The notes below the pieces were generated by a model. That model saw nothing but the letters and a program-made list of their open reading frames with translations. It was not told the DNA's origin and did not search any database. Shown piece after piece: positions 1 through 13,993 of a stretch of 64,000 nucleotides of DNA. The stretch's first letter is position 1. Every line of letters begins with the position of its first letter. The position numbers and the translations under genes are program-made. The stretch is from Chiloscyllium plagiosum (lineage: Eukaryota): NCBI RefSeq assembly GCF_004010195.1, contig NC_057726.1, forward strand, positions 61,896,335-61,960,334. Direction: 5' to 3'.

Positions 1-464
1 ACTGAATCAATCTTACATTTCCAGTGTTATAACATTTAGTGTAGCTTCCAAAATTGACATTAGCCACCTTATCCTCCAACCTATGTAGTTTAGCTTAAGA
101 TTCATTTTGGATTTAACTTTCATCAAGATAAAATTGATCACTTTATGGTCGCTCTTTTCTGAAGGTTTCTTTGTTGCAAATTTATTATTTAACTGTCTCA
201 TTTCACAATATTGCATTAAGAATAGCCTGTTGTCCAGTTGATTCATTTAGGTTAATGGAACAGGATGGAAATCTTCCAATTTGGGCGCCCAATGCTAACA
301 TCAAAGAGTCCCACATCAGTGTCCACTAAAAAAAATTCGAAATTTCAAATTCAAATTCCATCTTTCATCATGCTTTCAGGTTATTTATCCCTAGTTTAGT
401 GAGCAGGTCAGAGTCTAGGAATTCTGCAAAGAATAATTCATCCCCTGCCTTTTGAAAGTCAGAC

Positions 465-925
465 CTGTGATGGAATACTCCCCACCTACCTCAATGAGTG
501 CAATTCCAACCACACTCTAGAAACTTGATACCATCCAGGGCAAAACAACCTGCATGAGTGGCACCACATCCACAAGAGATTCCACACAATGCTCACTCTA
601 TAATATGTTCAAGATGCACTGCATAAATTTGCCAAACATCCTTCTGTAGCATTTGCACCACTATCTGCAAAGGCAATGGAACAATTCTACTTGCAAGTTT
701 CTACCTAAGCCAACCACCATCCAGGATTGGAAATATATCACTGTTCCTTCTCTGCCAGTAGGGCAAAATCTGAAATTCTTTCTCTGAAATTATAGGCCCA
801 CTTACACCTCACGGACTGCAATGGTTCAAGAAGGCAGCTCATCGCCACCTTCTCAAAGACAACTAAGGACAGCCACTAAAAGATGGCCAGCCAGCAATGC
901 TTACATTCAACAAACAACTAAAAAG
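465..925 (+). mobile_element. 3' end of a CR1/L2-group LINE (tail type shared with DeuSINE-like SINEs)
   Basis: gtgatggaatactc...ggactgcaatggttcaagaaggcagctcatcgccaccttctcaa...A-rich end; homologous to minus-strand copies at 12640-13660 and 37610-38820. Confidence 0.65.
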
Positions 926-1920
926 AAATACAAATGTGCACATGTTCTAGTTTGCCTAAATGAGCTGTTCCTGTACTGTAGCATGCCATGTTGGCTTTTC
1001 TATTGGGATCTTTTCTACAGTAATATATGCCAGATTTTGAAATTAGTAATGATTATTTTTGTTGAAACATATTCCAGGGGGAAAATGCTAGAATTATTCG
1101 TTTTTTTAATCCCAGAAAATTCAGCAATATAAAATAGAATAATACAATGGTTACAGAATAATGGCCATTCATCTTTGATGTCAGTGCCAGCTCTCTGCAA
1201 TAGAAATTCTCACTACCCTCCCCTGTCAGGCCTGCAATGCTTTTGTTTCTACAAATTGAAACAAATTAAATTATATACTCCATGCAAACAGCTAACATTG
1301 TGATTATCATTCTCCCTTTTCAGTTAAGAAATAATTGTGCTAAAGTAACCTGTCAGTTAGCCTGAACAATGGTTTTCACAAAACACTTCAAATAAATTCA
1401 ATTATATTATGAGTGGATATTCTCTGTGAACATTTTCACAGGCACCATTGGATAGTCATTTGAAACATGACTCATTTAACTTTCCCTACTTAGTCTCAGA
1501 GATATTTGTAATCAACCTGTTCAGAGATGTCATGACATTACTCTGGAGAAGGCAGGACTTGAACACTGGCCAATTATAATCCTACAAAGTGGCACAAATT
1601 AATCCAATGCAGACCAAAGATTGAACCAGCAAATAAATATTCGCTCAGTACATTCTTGTATAATCCACGTTTTTGTACGCATTCGTATTACACTGCAGTG
1701 TGATGCAAATACCCCAAGTTTCTATTTAATGTTCTGTCAGAATTTTTGCAACACCCAGGCTCTGAAAAGTAATTCACAATCATATCCAAAACAGCAGATT
1801 CTATGAAGCAATTGTTAGATAAAGAACAACTACACTGATGTTAAACAGTGCCCAAGGAAATGTACACTATATACGCTCTAACTTGGAAATTAAGAAGCCT
1901 TTTTTTTTATTGTTCTATAG

Positions 1921-2217
1921 CTTCTCCGCATCCTCTGAAAATTATTCCGAAGTTTTCTGCAACTGGCACTCTAACGTGTATATGTAAAACGTCTGGGTTC
2001 TATCCCCACGATTACACGCTTGCCTGGCGTAAAGATGGTCAAAATGTTGTACGTGGAACAAAGACATCTGCAGAAAAGAATGCTGAAGGATTATTTGAAG
2101 CTACCAGTTATTTGGTAGAAACACAGCCGGCTCATTCTGGAACTGTTTATGTCTGTGAGGTATCACACTCTACCCTCAAGAATCCAACTTGGGTCAATTA
2201 CACTGTTAGCATTCCAG
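1921..2217 (+). CDS. Ig C1-set domain exon of an Ig-superfamily type I membrane protein (B7-H6/NCR3LG1-, SIRP- or tapasin-related-like)
   Basis: Pyrimidine tract + tag acceptor (1919-1920), ag|gtaag donor at 2218; 297 nt, phase 1-1. Translates ASPHPLKII...LTCICKTSGFYPHDYTLAWRKDG...GLFEATSYL...VYVCEVSHSTL...VNYTVSIP, with the C1 hallmarks CxxxGFYP, C-strand W and YxCxVxH. Confidence 0.93.
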
Positions 2218-2598
2218 GTAAGAACAATGCCTCTTTAGTTGTGAAATTGAGTATGTTGTGGTTTTGCTGCATTTGGTAGGAAGCATTTTCACCATAAATG
2301 TCTGAAAGGCAGTGAGTGCAGGGCTGCTGATTTTGAAATATTTGGTGGAATTGATTGAGCCTGATGAGCTAGTGTGTCAACTACAACTACTGCCCTCACT
2401 GATATGTTTTTCCACCCATTTTAAAGCTTAATTTTACTCACTATATCTCTGTTGTAGAATCATCAAAAGTGAACTGCAATGTAAATTAAACAGCAGTTTA
2501 TTGATTACAAAAATGCATTTTGGGGAGAGTACCCTCAGATCATTTCAAAAGGCACTTCATCATTTCAAAGATTCCCTTGGGACATTGTTGGGACATTT

Positions 2599-3579
2599 CA
2601 TAGAGTCAGAGAGATATACAAAATGGAAACAGACCCTTCGGTCCAACCTGTCCATGCCGACCAGATATCCCAGCCCAATCTAGTCCCACCTGCCAGCACC
2701 TGGCCCATATCCCTCCAAACCCTTCCTATTCATCTACCCATCCAACTGCCTCTTAAATGTTGCAATTGTTCCAGCCTCCACCACATCCTCTGGCAGCTCA
2801 TTCCATACACGTACCACCCTCTGCATGAAAAAGTTGCCCCTTAGGTCTCTTTTATATCTTTCCCCTCTCACCCTAAACCTATGCCCTCTAGTTCTGGACT
2901 CCCCAACCCCAGGGAAAAGATTTTGTCTATTTATCCTATCCATGCCCCTCATAATTTTGTAAACCTCTATAAGGTCACCCCTCAGCCTCCGACGCTCCAG
3001 GGAAAACATCCCCAGCCTGTTCAGCCTCTCCCTGTAGCTCAAATCTTCCAACCCTGGCAACATCCTTGTAAATCTTTTCTGAACCCTTTCAAGTTTCACA
3101 ACATCTTTCTGATAGGAAAGAGACCAGAATTGCAAGCAATATTCCAACAGTGGCCTAACCAATGTCCTGTACAGCCGTAACATGACCTCCCAACTCCTGT
3201 AATCATTACTCTGACCAATAAAAGAAAACATGCCAAACACCTTCTTCACTATCCTATCTACCTGTGACTCCACTTTCAAGGAGCTATGAACCTGCACTCC
3301 AAGGTCTCTTTGTTCAGCAACACTCCCTAGGACCTTACCATTAAGTGTATAAGTCCTGCTAAGATTTGCTTTCCCAAAATGCAGCACCTTGCATTTATCT
3401 GAATTAAATTCCATCTTCCACTTCTCAGCCCTTTGGCCCATCTGGTCCAGATCCTGTTGTAATCTGAGGTAACCCTCTTTGCTGTCCACTACACCTCCAA
3501 TTTTGGTGTCATTCACAAACTTACTAACTGTACCTCTTGTCCTCGCATCCAAATCATTTACATAAATGACAAAAAGCAA
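2599..3579 (-). mobile_element. 5'-truncated CR1 (HER1-like) LINE, young copy
   Basis: 281-aa open RT C-terminus (LFVIYVNDL...SKFVNDTKIGG...LYRTLVRPLLEYC...ERRRLRGDLIEVYK) plus 3' UTR ending in a ctctatg-type tail. Confidence 0.95.
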
Positions 3580-3739
3580 TGTAATAATGTACTGCTATTC
3601 ATACATGCAGCACCATACATATGCGGCCCCATTACAAACTAAACCCATGGCCTCTATTCTATTATATTCCTCCTTCTGACGTCTAGAACATTTGATCCAC
3701 TCCTTTATTATGATCTTACCAACATTTGATGTAATTCTG

Positions 3740-5330
3740 GTTATTTAAAGTGAAGATAATACATCAAAAAGACCAACAAGTTTGTTTGTCCAACCTGAAC
3801 AAGATGCATACTAACTTTCCTAATCAGCTCCCTACCCCATCTCCATAACTCTCTATGGGTAATCAGAAATTTATCACTCTCTATGTACTCAAAGACCAAG
3901 CTTCCACAACCCTCCTTGACAGAGAATTCCATGGATAATCAACTTCTGAGTAAAATAAAGTTTATCTTCATCTCACAGCCAAGTGGCATTCCCCCTTATT
4001 TTTAAATTGTGCCTCCTGATTCTAGACTCCCCAGCCAGGAGAATCATTTTATCCTTCTCTACCCTGACTATCTTTTTAAGTATTTTGTAGGTTTCAATTA
4101 TATCACCTGTCCTTATGTGAAACTCTGTGGAATATATGCCCAGTTTGCCCAATCTCTCTTCATAAGACAGTTCAGCTATCCTGGGAACAAGTCTGGTGAC
4201 CCTTGTTTGTATTCCCACTTTGGAAATATTATCTTTGCTGAGATAAGGAGTGGCACGGTAGCTCAGTGGTTAGCACTGTTGCCTCACAGTGCCAGGGACC
4301 CAGGTTCGATTTCAGCCTTGGGCGACTGTCTGTGTGGAGTTTGCAAATTCTCCCTGTGTCTGCGTGGGTTTCCTCTAAGTGCTCCGGTTTCCTGCCACCA
4401 TCACAAAGATGTGTGCGTTAGGTGAATTGGCCATGCTAAATTGCCAGAATGTTCAGGGATGTGTAGGTTAAGTGCATTAGTGAGGGGTAAATATAGGGTA
4501 GGGGAATAGGTCTGGGTGGGTTACTCTTCAGAGTGTTGGTGTGGAGTTGTGAGGACGAAGGGCCTGTTTCCACATCGTAGGGATTCTAAGTCTAATTCTT
4601 AAAAAAAGGAGACCAAAGCTGCACATGGTACTTCAGATGTGGTTTGTTTATAATTAATTAATTCATGGGATGAGGGTGTTACTAGCTGGATCAGCATTTA
4701 GTACTCATCCCTAATTTGAACTACATTCTTACATAATTAAAGCAAAGATTGACTACCCTACTGCACAAATCCTCTTGCAATAAAGACTAATGTTCTTTTT
4801 GCCTTCCTACAAGCTTATTTGCATGTTAACCTTCAGTGGATTTATTGACAGCGGATTTATTGATTTATTTACTGTGACACAGTAGAGCAGCACTTCACAG
4901 GAGGCTTGAAAGCACTGAGGATGTCACCTAGAATGGGGACAAGATATCTGCAAATTAAATTCCCAGCTCGACAAACATACCCATAACTATGACAATGGGC
5001 ACCCGAGCTACACATCTTTATACAAACCTTGATAACCCACTTCTTTCTACACTGACTAACACAGAAAATAATCTTAAATCCATGACAACGCATTACCTTC
5101 TTTACCATGTGCTTTAATTCTTCTAAGTTAATGCCTGTGTGGGACCTTACCAACAGTCTTCTGAAAATCCTAATGTACTACAAATATTGACTCCCCTTTA
5201 CCAATTTTGCTTCTAAGATCCTCAAAAAAAATCAACAAATTTGTCCATGCTGACTGTGATCAAACAGATAATTTTTATTTATGATTCTACATTTCCCTGA
5301 CTACTGATGTAAAGCTGATAGGTCTGCAGT
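3740..5330 (-). mobile_element. Degenerate CR1 LINE fragments interrupted by a SINE
   Basis: ORF 3973-4218 (ELSYEERLGKLG...GDIIETYKIL) and other RT remnants. Confidence 0.75.
4248..4604 (+). mobile_element. HE1-like tRNA-derived V-SINE
   Basis: A box tagctcagtgg, B box ggttcgatttc, V-domain ctgtgtggagtttgc...gtgggtttcctc, CR1-like tail ggcctgtttccac; aaggag repeated on both sides. Confidence 0.9.
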
Positions 5331-6699
5331 CTAGGCAGATCTGATAATAAATGTGATCAAATTACAAATGGAGAGGTGAACACAATGAACCAAAGTCTCA
5401 CTATGCTGTTCATTCACAGTACGTGGATATCACTCACAATATTTATTTCAAATTACCGAGAAGGAGAAGAATAAGCTACATTAATCTAGGTCTATGTATT
5501 GGCCAGACTGGGAAAGGACAGAAAATTTCCTTTTCTGAAAGACATTGGTGAACCAGTAGGGGTTTCATGACAATCCAGCAGTTACACATTGCTTTTTTTG
5601 ATTTTACATTTAATTAATTGAAAGTAAATTCTCAAGAGCTGTGGTGGAATTTAAATTCCTATTTCTATATTATTAGCCTGAGCTTAGTTGTCCACTATGC
5701 TCGTTGCTGTACACAAACTGGCTGCATGTTTAAATGTTCTTAACTGGTTGTAAAGCACAGTCAAAATCCCAAGGTTGCAACAGATACTGTATAAAAATGT
5801 AAGTTCTTTCATGAAGTAAGATAGATGGAAAAAAAGATTATCAAGAATTATCAAGAATATATCAAGGATATAAAGTTTATCAAGAATCCAAATTGATCAT
5901 GCATTTTCCATTTAAATAATTAATGAGTCAATATTTGACTATTCTAGCCTGTGTTAAGAAAATGTATTGTTGGACTGAAGCACACTCTAGTTACATTTCA
6001 AGTGACAAATCAAATTTTCAAGATCTATTCTGTTCAGAACTTCTACTGAAGTTATACTTGTGTTCTGCACAGACATCCTTACAATTTTTTTGGAAGTAGG
6101 AGTAAAAGTGTTTACAAACAAATTCTAAATTTTTTTGCTACATTGCAGTAAATGCAGTTTTCCAGCAGGATCATTATTTTTGCATTTTTCATATTTGGGG
6201 ATATTTTATTGTAGCTGAACAAAGATAAATGCTCTGGAGAAGGACATTTTCTTTGTTTGAGCATCAAATATATCCAAGTCAAATATGGCATGGATAAGAT
6301 ACAGTGTGTAAAATTCTTACGCCATCTTTAGAAGAGCACCATTATTAAAACAACTTTTCACTTTTATTCTTATGGATTGCGTAATTGATATAATCAATCT
6401 ATTGCTGTTCTGAACCAAACTGTGGACAGACTTGGCCTGCACCAACCACAACCTGGATTCAAATGTTCAAACCCACACCTGAGGTACTTCAGGAGTAACT
6501 TTATATGTTTGAAGTGCTGTTATGGTCCACATTGAAACTTTGGATGTGAAGCCGGCTGTGCTGTTACTGTGCAGGCAGCTAGTTCTCAATATCATCTGTA
6601 TATTGCCATCAGAATAACCTAGCATCTTAGAATTAAGTAATAAACTGTTGTTTTTCTTCTAAAATTAATTTTTAAAAAAGATTTGTGTGTTTCTTGCAG

Positions 6700-6813
6700 G
6701 TTCTAGTTTCAGCAATTATTTTCCTTGGTGGATCTACATCTGTATAGCAATATTTTCACTGCTTCTAATTATTATTGTACTCGTCATTTGTTGTAAATGC
6801 TGTAAACGTAAAG
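6700..6813 (+). CDS. Transmembrane exon of the same gene
   Basis: ttcttgcag acceptor, aag|gtaag donor; 114 nt, phase 1-1, in frame with the C1 exon: GSSFSNYFPWWIYICIAIFSLLLIIIVLVICCKCCKRK (hydrophobic helix, then Cys/basic stop-transfer). Confidence 0.9.
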
Positions 6814-6879
6814 GTAAGGCAGTCATTTAGTTATATTACAACTGTAACTTCTAGATTTAATATTAATGAGTAATGAAAA

Positions 6880-7750
6880 TACACAAATGACAATAAGTTC
6901 AAAGGTTTTATTGTGGAGAAAGAAATGGAAACTAGAGAATATAGAGCATTAAATTTCAATGTTTTGAGAAACAGTTCATAGAACTGAAGAGAAATGTCTG
7001 GAGGTCTTAGAGGATATAAAGGTGATAAATTTCCAAGACCTCGTCTAATGTATCCCAAAATATTGTGAGAAGTAAGGGAGGAACTTGCGAGACACTTTGC
7101 AGAAATATTTGCAGCACCTATAACTATGGGTAAGGTGCTTAATGACTGGAGGGTGGCTAATGTTGTACCTTAGTTTAAGAGGGGTTGTAAGGAGAAACTG
7201 GGGGACTATAGATTTGAGTTGTGGGTAAGCTGTTAGAGGTCATTTTAAAAGATAGGATTTATGGACATTTAAAGAGGCAAATGTTGATTCAGGACAATCA
7301 GTATGGTTCGAAGTGAGGAAAATCGTCTCTTACAAACTTTGAATAAGCTTTTAGAGAAAGTTACCAAAAAGATTGATGAGGGCAAAGTAGTAGATGTTGA
7401 TTACGAAGACATTAGTAAAGCCTTCAACCAGGTCCCACATGGTAGACTAACAAGCAAAGTTAGCTCACATAGGATTTGGGGTGAGCTTGCCAGTTGGATA
7501 CATAATTGGCTTAATGGCAGGAGACAGACAGTAGTGGCAGAAAGTTGTTTTTAGGAGGACTGTCACCGGTAGTGTTCCATAGGGATCGGTTTTGGGTTCC
7601 CTTTTGTTTGTCATTCATATAAATGATTTGCATGAGAATTTAGAAGACATGATTGTGGACAACACCAAAATTGGTGTCGTTGTCGACAGCGAAGAAGATT
7701 TTCTAAGCTTACAAAAGGATTTGATCAAATGGGAGAGTGGGCTGAGTGAT
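6880..7750 (+). mobile_element. Degenerate CR1 LINE RT fragment
   Basis: EKVTKKIDEGKVVDV..DISKAFNQVPHGRL; GSLLFVIHINDL. Confidence 0.85.
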
Positions 7751-10700
7751 CACAACATTGTTGTAAGCACCAAGGACATCCAGGTTAGATGACCACATTT
7801 AAAGGCAGAGTAAAGTTCTGCCACATGGATATAATACAACTCAAAGGGTTAGATTTTCAGGTGCCTGTGGGGCAACTTCAGCTGGAGAAAATGGTGCTTT
7901 GAAAATGGTATACACGAATGACCGGTCAACGTTACACTGCGACTAGACTGCATTGCAATTTTTAAAGTGAGGGCAGGGTTGGAGGATCTGGCAAACTGCA
8001 GCCCTTCAGTTAATAACACAAGAACTAGTGGCAGATATAGGCCATCGGGCTTGTTGAGCCTGCTCTGCTGTTCAGTAGAACCATGGATGATCTTGGCCTT
8101 GAACTGTATCTTTCTGACAGCTTGCCTTATTGCTTGATTCCCTGAGAGATCAAAAATCTATCTATCGCAGCCTTACATGTTTTTAATGATATAGCTTCCC
8201 CAACTCTTTGGGGAAAAAAGTTTCCAAGATTCACAACCCATACTAAATAAAGACTATGCGACACAGTTTAAGGTTTTGACCAACAGAAAGGTAGGTGCAG
8301 ATTTCTGCCATTACTTACAAATAGATTTTATCTAAAACACATGTGCAGGGATAGTAACAGTCAGTTGTGTCCTAATGCTAGGCTGGATGGCTTTAACAAC
8401 CTGCTTACAATGCTGGTCTATGGAAAGATGATAATGTAATGTAGAGGGCAGTCATCTCCTAAAAATGCATGCAACATCACCACAAGTTAGGCAGCCATTG
8501 TAAAGCAGAATATTATTTCCATGGAGAGAAGCTTCAGAATGTTTGTGGTACACAGGGATCTGAGTTTTTGTGTCTACAAATCAAAAATAGTTAATACATG
8601 GATATGACAGATAATTAGAAAGGCAAATAGAATTTAGATCTTGTCACAAGTGGTGTGGAGTAGAAAAATAGGGCAGCCTTGATGTAGCAGTGCAGAGCAC
8701 TAGTGAGACACTTGTACAATTTGGCTTCATTACTTCAGCTGGTTGTTGGAGTAGGATGTTCTGTGGGTAGTAAGAGTAATATCACTGTCAGCCATGTGCC
8801 CCCCACTACCCACAACCCCCCCCCCCCACTTCTCCCCAACCCCCCTGTTTATACATCAAATTCTGTAAACACACAATCAATCATGGACATCTCTACAGAC
8901 AGCCCTAAGTCTTACCATGATTTCCGATGTTACCAGACATCTTGATCTGTAGTCCTTACAATGGATGCTGTATTTAACTAAATTCCAATATACTGATAAC
9001 CACACTCATTCTCAGGTACTTCCCAGCTCTATCACATTAATTAACAATAACTTATCATGAAGGACCTTTTGGATTCTGCTATGCAATCTATTCTTTTTAC
9101 TGCTGTCATTATAAAAGATACTAATTTCTACCAATTATAATGAAAATTATCATTGCAGTTTCAATATAAAGTTAGTTTTATATATAAAGTTACTTAGTTA
9201 CACCTAATGTTGTTCTTTAACAAGACCAACAAATTGGGGACATCAAACCGACAGAACTTTTCTATTTTGCAGTTGCGAGTTGGTTCAAGGCAGAAGTTTC
9301 ATTCTTGGGTGGGTCCCCAAGCCCTCTTCCCTCACCATCTTTATTTCAAATTCCTTTCACAAATGTTTCACCACCAACTAGCACATATTCAAACTCCACT
9401 GATAAGATGAAATTCATTTACTTTCACAGAATTCTGCATGCAAAGCTGTGAAGCTACAATTGTTCAGTTTCCATTTTATAACCTCTTTTGTTATCTGAGT
9501 TTGTTTGTTTATACCATTTGTTGCTCCATCTTCCCTGCTAATGAAGGAGCCTCTTTTTACTGCCTTTCTTTGGCTACTCAGAAGAATTCAATTAAATCTC
9601 TACATGGATGCTTGCAGGTTTACACTTCCAATTTCACACTACTCATATGTTTAATATGTAATGACAATTATCCAAACAGTCTAGATTATTTTGGGATTAT
9701 GCTTTGTTTTTGATTCTTGCTAAACTACAAACTTCGGGCTGGTTGTTACTGGACATCTCTTACCTAGATTTTTCAAGGATGTTTTCATGTCAAAAATGCT
9801 TGTGTGCTTAGAACTGCCTGTTTACAGAAATCTAATTAAATCCTCCAATGTCTGATGTAGTAAAACTAAAACCACTACAATTATTGTACGAATATATATG
9901 TGTCAATGTACTTTGTGTAATTTACAACTACCTGAACAACTTTTAACTCTTTGGGTTCAGTTACCCTCTTCTACTCTATGTTAAGTGGAACTTTTATATC
10001 AGTTTGCTAAAAAGGTTTTCATCTGTACCTCTCTCAGGGATGCCAGACTGATGATATTTCCCTGTCTTCTCTCACTGAGGTATTTCCTTATCTTATCCAA
10101 TGGCCCTGTATGGAAGCCACAAGTCTCGCTGTAAATATCTGCAGTGTGCAACTGTCAACCACTTTTGGCCATCTTGTATTAGTTAAAACGCCCTAGGCTG
10201 CCATCTTGTTAACTTTAATTATGAACAGCCGCAACACAGGATATATTTGCAATAGATGAAGTAGAGAGAATATTTTTGTGCTTTAATCTTGGTATTGAAG
10301 TGTTGTTTTATGATAGAATGTTGAACAGGTTGAACCTTCGTCACTGGATTTTAGAAGAATGAAATTTTAGAAGAATGAAATGTTAATAAATCATGCACGA
10401 TTCTGAGGGAAGCTTACAAAGTAGATGTTGAAAGGATATTACCCCACAGGAGAATCAAGAACAAGGGATGCAGTTTTATGAGTAATGGATCTCCCACTTC
10501 AGATGGAGATTAAGTAAGTTTTGATTATCTGTCAGACGGTTGTCTAATCTTTGGAATTCTTTGCTTAGGGAGTTGTGGAAGTTGGATCATTGATTTTTAA
10601 GATTGAGGGAGACAGATGTTTGATCTATGAGGCAGTCAAAGGTTAGTGTCCATGGTCGTCAGGAGTGTGGAGGATAATGATTTGTAATCAAGAAATGTAG

Positions 10701-12639
10701 TTCAAAATCTTAGTCAGATTAACCTTGATTTTTCTGAATGGTGCAACAGGCTTGAGATACTGAACATTGTTGTAATGAAGGGGTGGGTGTTTGTATCCCC
10801 ACCATCTGTCTGCAACCTCATGCTACACCTAGGGTTCCCTTTCCAGTTATTTTTCAAACAGTTTTTAATCCTTTTGCTCAAAGTCTTACCAAAGAATTCT
10901 AAGTGTTTGAAACTGCTTTTGAACTTTTTAAAATATTTGTTGCCGATAGTGACATTGTCCTTAATTCTTTTTTTCCGTCTAAGTTACATATATTTTCCTC
11001 TCCCACCATTACCAGCCTTTTCCACCTGTTTGACTCCACAATTTCTTGTAAATAATTATGCAGATGAATTCATGACAGGACTTCCAGTGCAATTTAAAAA
11101 ATTGGTTCTTCATTCTTCAGAAAACTGGTTTACTTATGTTGCTTGCAATTAAACCAACTCTAGCCTCTTGTTTGTTGATTCAACCTTCAAGCACTGAATT
11201 ACTGTATTCATCTTCATTATTCACTGAATCTTTAAGACTTCAGCACAAAATGTTGCATTCAAGAAGGTTACATCCAATTTCAGACTGAATATGTATGCTA
11301 TCTTGAGCAATTCCTTATTGTAAATATTATCTTGGATTCAATCCTGTTGCTATTTTAAAATAGGCTCCTTTCAGTCTAAGCATACAGTTCTATCTCTTAG
11401 GGTATTGTTTTCTCCCTCTTGTCTCCAACCGTTTTCTATCTTTACTGATTTGACTGTCCTTATAAGGTACTCCAGTAGTTATTTACCTACTGAATTTGCA
11501 TCTATGTTTTACCTAATTTCCAGATAAGTGAACATTCACACTAAAACCCCTTCGTTAAACATCATTTTGTTGAAATACACACTCGAAACATTTCCTTAGT
11601 TGTTAACTGATTCATTCTAATAACTGAAACTGGTGGAACTCACTACCTCTGATTAGTCTTTGCTTCCTCTTAAAAAACAGAAGCACTTGACAGTCAAGCT
11701 TCACATTGACTAATTGCTACTTCCTTAAACTGGATTGATTCACTTTTACTGACCCCAACATTAGTTGTATCCTACACCAAGTCTTAATGTGTAAGTTTCT
11801 TTCACCAATTTATAAAGTGTTCTGTCTTCGGTCACAATATAATTCTTAAATTCTATTTTGCATTCCTTCAGTTTATGAAATAAAAATCCTATGAGTGAGT
11901 AAAATTGGAAACTGTATGCCATAGGTTTGTTTGAAATTACAGATGATTTATTTCAGCTGTTAATTCATTTTTCAGTCAAAATCTGTTGAATCAAAAATAT
12001 CCATTGCTCCATTTAACATTGGCTCATAGCTCAAAATGTCTCAATTAATCATAGATTAATTAATTATAATTAATCTAGTCTGATTTTTAGTTTTAGTCTA
12101 GTGCAGAGGACTGTTTAGAGTTGGTCATTAAGTATATTCAAGGGAATGAGAGACAGATTTTAAATCAATGAGGGAATCAAAGGTTTGAGTGATGACATTA
12201 GCTGGCAAACTCCAAAAGAACCTGCAAACACAGGGAGACCATGTGTAGATGATCACGCAAAGGTACCCTTCATCTCCCACATATGGCATGAGCAAATCTG
12301 CATTGTGCATCGACAGTCCTTCTAATTGATGGCTGCATTTTGAATAATGTCCTGAAGTGTTGGTTGTGGCCATGCATTCTGAACCATGGAACACATTACA
12401 TCAGCCCGCTCACTAAGTTCTGTTTACTATCTGGCATTTCTGGAGACCCTTGAATGGATAGCCAAGCCAGATATCACTATACAGGTTTGTCCCATTATGT
12501 AATAATAGCAGCTGTATGGGGAACTTTAAGGATATTGGCCACCATGTCCTTGATTCATGTTTGGAGAAATTTTAATGCTTAAAAGATACTTTAGTAGCGT
12601 AGATGAGGTTTTTAAATAATTGGTTCTTTTCATGTAGAT

Positions 12640-13660
12640 GTTAGCTTTTTATTTTTTCATGGATGTAACATGACTAATAAGGCCAGCATTTGAGGCCCGT
12701 CCCTTTTTGCTCATGATAAACTGGTAGCATACTACATTTTTGAACTGCTGCAGTCTATTATATATAGGCATACTACTGCTTTTTAGAACGGAGTTCCAGG
12801 ATCTTGATCTAGTAACAGTGAAGGAACAATGATATAATTCCAAGACAGGATGTTGTGGAGGGATACTTCCAGGTAATGTTCTTAAAGATATTTTACCTTG
12901 TCCTTATTGATTGTAAAAGTTGCAGGTTTGGATGGTGCTGTTGAGTTGCTGAACGTATCTTCATATTGTACACACTGCTGTTTCCAGTTTATGGTGCACA
13001 CATTATTGATGATACGGGGAGTGAAGGTTCAGTTTGGTGACTGGGCTAATGAACTGGCTTATTTGTCCTGGATTGTGGTACGTTTCATGAGTGACAATGT
13101 GGCAACCCACATTCAAATAAGTAGATAATATTCTATCACTTTCCTGAATTGTGATACACAGGCAGTGAGACAGGCTTTGGGGAGTTAGGAGAGGAGCTCC
13201 TTCCTGCAGACTTCTAAGCCTCTGACCTGCTCTTCTAACTACAGTATTTACATGAATGGTGCAACTCAATTTCTGGTCAATATTAACTTTTAGATTGTTG
13301 GTAGCAGGACATTATCTAATGCTAATGCCTTTGTATTTCAAAGGGGGATGGTTAGATGCTGTCTTATTGAAAATGATCAGAAGTCACACAACATCACATT
13401 ATAGTCCAACAGATTAATTTGAAATTACAAGTTTTCACAGTGCTGCTTCTTTGTCAGGTGGAGACTTCACTTTATGAAGGGGCAGCACTCCAAAAGCTTG
13501 TGATTTCAAATAAACCTGTTGTATCATAACTGGTGTCTTGTGATTACTGACCTTGTCCATTCCAGTCCAACACTGGCACCTCTACATTATTGGAGATAGT
13601 CATTGATTGGCATTTGTGTAATCTGACTATTACTTGCCACTTACTAGTCCAAGTCTGAAT
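12640..13660 (-). mobile_element. CR1/L2-group LINE 3' part, interrupted by a PLE-like insert
   Basis: HVNTVVRRAGQRLRSL...LLTPQSLS; tail homologous to 465-925. Confidence 0.65.
13378..13590. mobile_element. Fold-back PLE-like short element, family 2 (decayed hammerhead cores)
   Basis: ttatagtccaacag...ttgtcaggtg / cactttatgaaggggcagcactccaaaagcttgtgatttcaaataaacctgttg inverted arms; homologous to 48370-48573 and 49074-49158. Confidence 0.7.
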
Positions 13661-13756
13661 GTTACATCTGTTAAAATGGAAATGTTCCTTCCTTCGGCAG
13701 ATTAAACATATTGCTATATGGTTTGTAGGTTAATGTATGCATTCATAACTATGCAT

Positions 13757-13993
13757 AAAAACAAAATGCTGTTGAAACTCAGCAGGTCTGACAGCTTCTG
13801 TGGGGAGAGAAAAAGTTAAATGCTTTAATCCCAGTATGACTCTTCAGAAGTTCTGATGCCAGTCATGTCAGACTTAAAACATTAACTCTGTTTTTCTCTC
13901 CACAGATGCTACCAGATCTTTTGAGTTTCTTCAGCACATTTTGTTTACACTTCAGGTTTACCAGCGTCCATAGTGTTTTGCTTTTGTTTGAAG
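13757..13993. mobile_element. Fold-back PLE-like short element, family 3
   Basis: aaactcagcaggtctgacagc...tcttcagaa / ttctga...aaacattaactctg...cacagatgct...ttgagtttc inverted arms; ctatgcat direct repeat at 13749-13756 and 13994-14001. Confidence 0.7.

Noticed and set aside
2734-3579. Longest ORF (281 aa) as a host gene
   Set aside because: It is the RT C-terminus of a truncated CR1 LINE.
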